A model generated the notes under the pieces. The model did no database searches. It was not told the DNA's origin and saw nothing but the letters and a program-made list of their open reading frames with translations. A stretch of 49,747 bases of DNA from Chloroflexota bacterium. GTDB taxonomy: Bacteria; Chloroflexota; UBA6077; SHYK01. A program made the translations under genes and the position numbers. This document shows, piece after piece, positions 44,624 to 49,747 of this stretch. Location of the stretch: NCBI GenBank assembly GCA_016844585.1, contig JAERMM010000011.1:1-49747 (forward strand), in the 5' to 3' direction. The first letter of the stretch is position 1; each line of letters begins with the position of its first letter.

Positions 44624-45022
44624 TCAGGGAGCGACCTGCGATGCGAGCTCGGGCGTGGCTCCCCGCCAGCGAGCGGAGATCGTCCGGACCACGGATCGGA
44701 ACTCATCTCGCTCTTCCACCGACAGGTGCATGTCGTTAAGCACGTCGGCTACGGCCTGAAGCGCATCGTCCCATGAGCCGAGTTGCACAACGGACAGGGG
44801 CGCATAGCCCGCGGAAACGAGCAGGCGGTTCCTATCCGATATGGACAGATGGAGAGCACGGGCCAACGCCTCCACGATTTGCTGGCGCGGGGGCTCACGG
44901 TCTCCATGTTCGATGCGTGTGAGGTACGACGGGTCGATGCTCACCTCTAACGCCAGGTTATTGCGGGATCTCCCGGCCCTTTCGCGAAACGATCGTAGTA
45001 AGCTCGGGAACTCGTCACGCAT
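44624..45022 (-). CDS. XRE-family helix-turn-helix transcriptional regulator
   Basis: LRSFRERAGRSRNNLALEVSIDPSYLTRIEHGDREP HTH_3-type motif. It is the first gene of the - strand block. Confidence 0.8.
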   Translation of the reverse strand: MRDEFPSLLRSFRERAGRSRNNLALEVSIDPSYLTRIEHGDREPPRQQIVEALARALHLSISDRNRLLVSAGYAPLSVVQLGSWDDALQAVADVLNDMHLSVEERDEFRSVVRTISARWRGATPELASQVAP

Positions 45023-45216
45023 CTGATCCTCCGCGAATGGACATGAGTAAGGAGCTTATCCTCGCATGCTTGTGCCAATTTGTCAATACCTCGATGCCTC
45101 AACGGCAGCACTGTAACAATTGTGTCTGGCAGACATAGGCGAAAACATCCAGGGAGGGAGCGGATCTGGGAGGTGAGTCTGGTAAGCTGCCGGCCTGAGC
45201 CGTAATCACCGGACGG

Positions 45217-45627
45217 TTGCTTCAGGCAGAGATAGACTTGCACGACCTGGGTGTAGACATCGTCGAGATTGCGCGAGTGCGACGCGCGGTCGAGCGTCAC
45301 GGAGCAGGATTTCGCCGCCGCGTGTTCACCACCACCGAGTGGGAGCAGTGCGGACAGAGCTTTGCGTCCCTGGCCGGTCGATTTGCCGCGAAGGAGGCGG
45401 TGATGAAGTCCCTCGGCACCGGCGGGATGCGCTTCGCCGAGATCGAGATCGTGCGAATGCACTCTGGCCAGCCCAGAGTGAGGCTTTATGGAAAGACGGC
45501 GGAAAGAGCGCAGAATTTGGGTGTTCGTAGCATCTCGATCAGCATTTCGCATTCGCGCGACAGCGCCGTGGCGGTCGCGTTCGCGTCCGACGAAGAGGCG
45601 TCGAACGTCGCCGTGCCGCTGTATTGA
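45217..45627 (+). CDS. acpS: holo-[acyl-carrier-protein] synthase
   Basis: GVDIVEIARV, FAAKEAVMKSLG, ISISHSRD. TTG 45238 is an alternative start and fits homolog N-termini better. Confidence 0.88.
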   Translation: MLQAEIDLHDLGVDIVEIARVRRAVERHGAGFRRRVFTTTEWEQCGQSFASLAGRFAAKEAVMKSLGTGGMRFAEIEIVRMHSGQPRVRLYGKTAERAQNLGVRSISISISHSRDSAVAVAFASDEEASNVAVPLY

Positions 45628-47165
45628 GGGTCGTTTCTGTCGCCGAGATGCGCGAACTGGAGGAGGCTACGTTCCGCTCCGGAGTGGCCGAAGCCACTCT
45701 TCAGGAACGCGCCGGGGCAGCCGTGGCCCGCGCGGTCTTCGATGTCCACCCTGAGGCTGGCTCGGCCGTGGCGCTGGTTGGAACCGGGAACAACGGACGC
45801 GACGCTTGGATCGCGGTCGCAGGGCTGCTTCGCTCAGGATGGTCAGGCGAGCTTTACCTTGCCCCTCACCACGCGATAACGGATGCCGAGCTCCGGGAGT
45901 TCCTGGATGCGGGCGGCCGACTCATCCCCTTTCGCGACGGAGCGACCGCTGCCGATGTCTCCGCGGCGCTGCTGGGTCGCGACGTAATCGTCGACGGCTT
46001 GCTTGGAATCGGAGCGCGAGGGGATCCGCGAGATCCGTTGAGGACCATTATCGCGGGGGCGAATGCCGCGCGAAGGGCGTCTTCTCGGCAGATCACCGTC
46101 GCGGTCGACAATCCCAGCGGTGTGGACGCCGACAGCGGCGAGAGTGCCGAGACCTCCATCGTGGCGGACCTAACGGTCGTCCTCGGCGCGGCGAAGCGGG
46201 GACTATTGACGCCGCGAGCAGCTCAGCGGACGGGTCGACTCGTGCTGGCAGACATCGGGGTCGTCGATGGACCACCCGGCGCGCCGTCGCTGGTAACCCG
46301 CGAGTCGGTAGCAGGCCTGGTGCCGATTGCGCCACCGGATGCCCACAAGGGGCTCTTCGGTCGGCTCCTGGTTGTGGCGGGGTCGCCGCGATACGCTGGC
46401 GCTGCAATTCTTACCTGCGCCGCCGCGGTCCGCATCGGGGCAGGCGTGGTCGCGTTGGCCTGCCCGCGCTGGCTGCGGGACATCGCGGCGGCGAGGGTTC
46501 CGGAGATCACGTACTTATTGCTGCCAGACGACGGACCGAGCGGGGCCCCGGATGCGTGTGCCCGTCGCATCGCAGCAGAGTTGGACGGCTTTCAGGCAAT
46601 GGCGATCGGTCCGGGTCTTTCGACCGACGGGGGCGTGCCAGATTTCGTCGGGTCTGTCCTGCGTGAGCGTGCCCGGCAGAACGTCGCGGCCGTTGTGGAC
46701 GCCGATGGACTGAATGCACTTGCAAAATGGCCTCGGTGGCCAGATTGGATCGGGGAGGGTGTCGTGATGACGCCCCACCTGGGCGAGTTGCGGCGACTGA
46801 TGATGGGCGATGATGTCCCTAACCTGGACTGTCCCTGGGAGACCGCGGGGCGCCTCGCGGCTGAATGGCGCAGTACGTTGGTTGTGAAGGGGCCATTTAC
46901 TGCCATCGGGTCGGACGGTTTGCGCTGGGTGCTGGCCGCTCCGAATCCAGCGTTAGCTACCGCGGGAACTGGCGACGTGCTCACCGGAATCATTGGAGGA
47001 CTGCTGGCCAGGGGGCAGCCGCCGGCCGCGGCTGCCTGCCTGGGTGTGTGGGTGCACGCGAACGCCGGTGCGCGTGCCGCGCTCGGCAAGCGCCTGGGGG
47101 GAATGGCGGCTTCTGACCTTCTGAGTGAGATTCCAGCGGCGCTCGCCGAGACGGCGATCTGCTGA
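45624..47165 (+). CDS. nnr: bifunctional NAD(P)H-hydrate repair enzyme Nnr (epimerase / ADP-dependent dehydratase)
   Basis: YjeF_N motif GTGNNGRDA. C-terminal carbohydrate-kinase motif GTGDVLTGIIGGLLA. The TTG start overlaps the acpS stop. Confidence 0.9.
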   Translation: MRVVSVAEMRELEEATFRSGVAEATLQERAGAAVARAVFDVHPEAGSAVALVGTGNNGRDAWIAVAGLLRSGWSGELYLAPHHAITDAELREFLDAGGRLIPFRDGATAADVSAALLGRDVIVDGLLGIGARGDPRDPLRTIIAGANAARRASSRQITVAVDNPSGVDADSGESAETSIVADLTVVLGAAKRGLLTPRAAQRTGRLVLADIGVVDGPPGAPSLVTRESVAGLVPIAPPDAHKGLFGRLLVVAGSPRYAGAAILTCAAAVRIGAGVVALACPRWLRDIAAARVPEITYLLLPDDGPSGAPDACARRIAAELDGFQAMAIGPGLSTDGGVPDFVGSVLRERARQNVAAVVDADGLNALAKWPRWPDWIGEGVVMTPHLGELRRLMMGDDVPNLDCPWETAGRLAAEWRSTLVVKGPFTAIGSDGLRWVLAAPNPALATAGTGDVLTGIIGGLLARGQPPAAAACLGVWVHANAGARAALGKRLGGMAASDLLSEIPAALAETAIC

Positions 47166-47173
47166 GTGGGCAA

Positions 47174-47461
47174 TTACGCGGTTCCGCCCTCGGAGTGGCG
47201 CGCCTGGTCCAATTCCCCTTCCATGCGCTTTCGTGTCTCCGTCGCGCCCTGGCGGAACGCCTGCTGCCCTTCCTCGATGCGTGTCTTCACCTCTTCGGCC
47301 GCGCGGTTGATAAGCTCAGGGGCGCGCTCTCGCAGGTCAGGGAACCGTTCGCGGAGCATCTCCCGATTCTCATCACCGCTCTTCGGCGAGCATAGTATGC
47401 CGAGCACCGCGCCCGCCGCGACGCCGAGCAGAAATCCGGCGAAGAATCCACTGCTGCTCAT
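47174..47461 (-). CDS. YtxH domain-containing protein
   Basis: GFFAGFLLGVAAGAVLGILCSPKSGDENRE N-terminus typical of YtxH, followed by a helical tail. Confidence 0.75.
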   Translation of the reverse strand: MSSSGFFAGFLLGVAAGAVLGILCSPKSGDENREMLRERFPDLRERAPELINRAAEEVKTRIEEGQQAFRQGATETRKRMEGELDQARHSEGGTA

Positions 47462-47494
47462 CTCTCCTCCTCCTAATCCTCGTGCAGTCGTGAT

Positions 47495-47839
47495 CTATTC
47501 TGGCTTTCCTCGCTTGCCGCTATTGAGAAAGGCTTGCGCGAACCGTGACGCGCCCGACACGGCGGAGTAGAGCTCGATCACGGGCCTCGCTGCCCGATCA
47601 CCCACAAACTCAGCAGTGCCCTTGGTGCTCTGTGCTGTTTCCTTAACGGAGCCCGCCGTTTCCTTGACGGTTCCGAGGATGTCCTGTGCAGATCCGGCCA
47701 CCACATCCAGATGGTGACGCACGCGCCCCACGATCTTCCAGACCTGCCATGCGAGAAAGAGGAGGGCGGATCCCAGGATAATCGACTCTAGCGCCAAGAT
47801 GATGACCGCGACGTCGCGGATACCCTGCAGAATCTCCAA
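47495..47839 (-). CDS. DUF948-like membrane protein
   Basis: An N-terminal TM helix followed by repeats (GTVKETAGSVKETAQSTKGTAE). Adjacent to the YtxH gene, as is common for DUF948. Confidence 0.6.
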   Translation of the reverse strand: MEILQGIRDVAVIILALESIILGSALLFLAWQVWKIVGRVRHHLDVVAGSAQDILGTVKETAGSVKETAQSTKGTAEFVGDRAARPVIELYSAVSGASRFAQAFLNSGKRGKPE

Positions 47840-47866
47840 GATTATTCACCACCTCCTTGCAAGACC

Positions 47867-48142
47867 CTAGCAGAAACGAAACAAGCGGGCAATTCCCAAC
47901 GCGAGCCACGCCAACGCCGCGCTCGAGATCAGGTTAGTGTCCCCGATTGCGAGCACCGCAGGCGGTATCATTGTCCCAAGCAGCCCCCCGGCGACGCTTG
48001 CAACTAGACCGATGAGAATCTCGATCGGCAGGCGGCCGACCCGGTTGCCAAATAGTAAATGGAAAAGCGCGCCGTGCATACAGCCGACCAGCGCCGCCAG
48101 CATCACCCACGGCGGCACCAGTGCCAGAAGCGCCTGCATCAC
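47867..48142 (-). CDS. small hydrophobic membrane protein (3 predicted helices), unknown function
   Basis: 91-aa ORF, strongly hydrophobic throughout. Co-directional with the DUF948 and YtxH genes. Confidence 0.5.
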   Translation of the reverse strand: MMQALLALVPPWVMLAALVGCMHGALFHLLFGNRVGRLPIEILIGLVASVAGGLLGTMIPPAVLAIGDTNLISSAALAWLALGIARLFRFC

Positions 48143-48221
48143 AGCGTAACAACCCCCACTCCTTCGGTGGAATGGTCACTCGCGTGCGCGGCGCCAGTCA
48201 AGCACCCGAAACCCGGCATTC

Positions 48222-49747
48222 TTGCCCCTGCTTACTGATTTGCCCGCCATCGAGTGGTCGGCGCCTCAGCGCATAGGCCCCGACGAGCAAGCCATTCTCG
48301 GCGCTGACTCGCTTCTGTTAGCGCAGCTGCTCTGGAATCGCGGCATCCGGACGGCCGACGAAGCGGACTGTTTCCTCACACCGCAGCCAATCGAGTCGCT
48401 GAGCGACCCGCATCTCATGCGAGGCGTGACGGATGCGGCCGCGCGCCTTGCGCAGGCGGCCGCCAACCGTGAGCCCGTCGCGATCTACGGCGACTACGAC
48501 GTGGACGGGGTCTCTGGCACCGCCCTCCTCGTTCACATGTTGCGCCACCTCGGCGTCGAGCCTCTGGTGCATCTCCCCGATCGGGCGCGCGATGGCTACG
48601 GTGTCAACTGCGACGCGGTGCGGCAGCTCGCTGGGGCCGGTGCCAGAGTGATGATCACCGTCGACTGCGGAATCAGCGCCAACACAGAGGTCGGGCTTGC
48701 CGCACAGCTTGGCATCGACACGATCGTGACGGATCACCACACGGTTCCCTCTGAGATGCCCTCGGCGCTAGCAGTTCTCAATCCCCACCAACCCGGATGT
48801 CGCTTTCCGTTCAAAGACCTCGCCGGCGGGGGGGTTGCGTTTCAATTGGCGCGGGCAGTCCTGGCAACGGCGTTCGGCGAGGCGGAGAGCCAGCGCTTGT
48901 GCACCGGCCTTGCAACGTTCGCTGCATTGAGCACCGTCGCGGACATCGTTCCCCTGACCGGCCAGAACCGGGCCATAGTCGGGCTTGGATTGGCGGCAGC
49001 GCGATCGGGCATCTGGGTCGGACTGCAAGCGCTCGCCGAGGCCTCAGGACTCATGCTCTCCCGTCTGACCACGCAGGATCTCTCGTTCGGCGTCATTCCG
49101 CGCTTGAATGCCGCCGGTCGCATGGGCGACGCGCGTGACGCGCTGAATCTGCTGCTCTCGAAGGATCTCGCCTCTGCTGAATCGGCGGCGCAGCGCCTGA
49201 ATGATGCGAACCATCGCCGCCGCGAGCTTATGGACGAGGTTCTTGTGATGGCGGAGGAAGAAGCGCAACGGACATCGGCCGGTAGCGCGTTAGTTCTTGA
49301 CGGCGCTTACCCGGTCGGGCTCGCCGGACTCATCGCGTCGCGACTGGTTGACCGGTATGCCGTGCCTTGCGCTGTCATAGAGCGGGGTGAGGAGACGAGT
49401 CGGGGCTCGGTGCGCGGCGTCGATGGTGTGCACCTCGTGCGCGTGCTGGAGTACTGTGGCGAGTCGCTGATCCAGTTTGGCGGTCATGAGCGGGCGGCCG
49501 GTTTCTCGCTCCGCTCGTGCGACATTGAGGAATTCCGCTCGGCTTTTCAGACGGCCGTGCGTGTGATGAGAGGCGAGCAAGTTCCAGCGCGCGTCGTCAG
49601 GACGGACGGTATCCTGAAGCTCGAGTCAGTTGGGAGTCGATTGGCCGACCTTCTGGATCGCCTGGAACCGACTGGCGCTGGGAACCCGCGTCCGACCTTC
49701 GTCTCGCGGGGGCTATTGGTGTCTTCGGCGCAGGAGACAGCAGGTGG
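48222..49747 (+). CDS. recJ: single-stranded-DNA-specific exonuclease RecJ, 3'-truncated by window edge
   Basis: This ORF is absent from the ORF track because it has no stop inside the window. My own translation in this frame gives LLAQLLWNRGI, AIYGDYDVDGVSG, ITVDCGI and IVTDHH (DHH family motifs). The start is TTG 48222 or TTG 48240. Confidence 0.85.
   Translation, partial: MPLLTDLPAIEWSAPQRIGPDEQAILGADSLLLAQLLWNRGIRTADEADCFLTPQPIESLSDPHLMRGVTDAAARLAQAAANREPVAIYGDYDVDGVSGTALLVHMLRHLGVEPLVHLPDRARDGYGVNCDAVRQLAGAGARVMITVDCGISANTEVGLAAQLGIDTIVTDHHTVPSEMPSALAVLNPHQPGCRFPFKDLAGGGVAFQLARAVLATAFGEAESQRLCTGLATFAALSTVADIVPLTGQNRAIVGLGLAAARSGIWVGLQALAEASGLMLSRLTTQDLSFGVIPRLNAAGRMGDARDALNLLLSKDLASAESAAQRLNDANHRRRELMDEVLVMAEEEAQRTSAGSALVLDGAYPVGLAGLIASRLVDRYAVPCAVIERGEETSRGSVRGVDGVHLVRVLEYCGESLIQFGGHERAAGFSLRSCDIEEFRSAFQTAVRVMRGEQVPARVVRTDGILKLESVGSRLADLLDRLEPTGAGNPRPTFVSRGLLVSSAQETAG

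Noticed and set aside
45116-45123. ACAATTGT palindrome in the XRE/acpS divergent spacer as a possible operator.
   Set aside because: It is only 8 bp, with no extended symmetry in the flanks and no second copy. That is not enough to call.

Overview
GC-rich, densely packed, almost entirely housekeeping chromosomal segment. I recognised no rRNA, tRNA, CRISPR array, transposase, integrase or phage genes. Gene order on the + strand: cinA(partial)-recA-recX, ubiE. On the - strand: a PucR-family regulator coupled to a glutamine-synthetase gene. On the + strand again: a PyrR-controlled pyr operon (pyrR-pyrB-pyrC-carA-carB-pyrK-pyrD) running directly into a PD40/TolB-like gene and an FtsB-like gene, then ftsH, an HDAC-family deacetylase, secA, a MoxR-DUF58-transglutaminase triad and an OppD/OppF ATPase pair. 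On the - strand: a HEAT-repeat protein and proS. On the + strand: alr. On the - strand: a polytopic GAF histidine kinase and a NarL-type response regulator. On the + strand: ribB. A long - strand block follows: exonuclease-DinG, a small membrane protein, pbpA, rodA, fhaB, fhaA and an XRE regulator. The window ends with acpS-nnr (+), a YtxH/DUF948/small-membrane trio (-) and recJ (partial, +). The cinA-recA-recX, PyrR leader and fhaA-fhaB-rodA-pbpA arrangements suggest a high-GC Terrabacteria lineage (Chloroflexota- or Actinomycetota-like), but this taxon call is inference only. I do not see a convincing new multi-gene system such as a defence island or mobile element. The observations most worth a second look are: (1) pyrC is split and lacks its conserved His-containing strand in every frame; (2) secA is split by a frame change; (3) inverted heptanucleotide arrays bracket the carA/carB junction; (4) the pyrR leader combines a PyrR hairpin, a leader ORF and a terminator; (5) a PucR regulator is translationally coupled to a GS-family gene; (6) the FHA-RodA-PBP cluster has no kinase or phosphatase; (7) an exonuclease-DinG fusion retains a four-Cys Fe-S motif. 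Many start codons are uncertain. The ORF track uses the longest ORF, and TTG/GTG starts are frequent.
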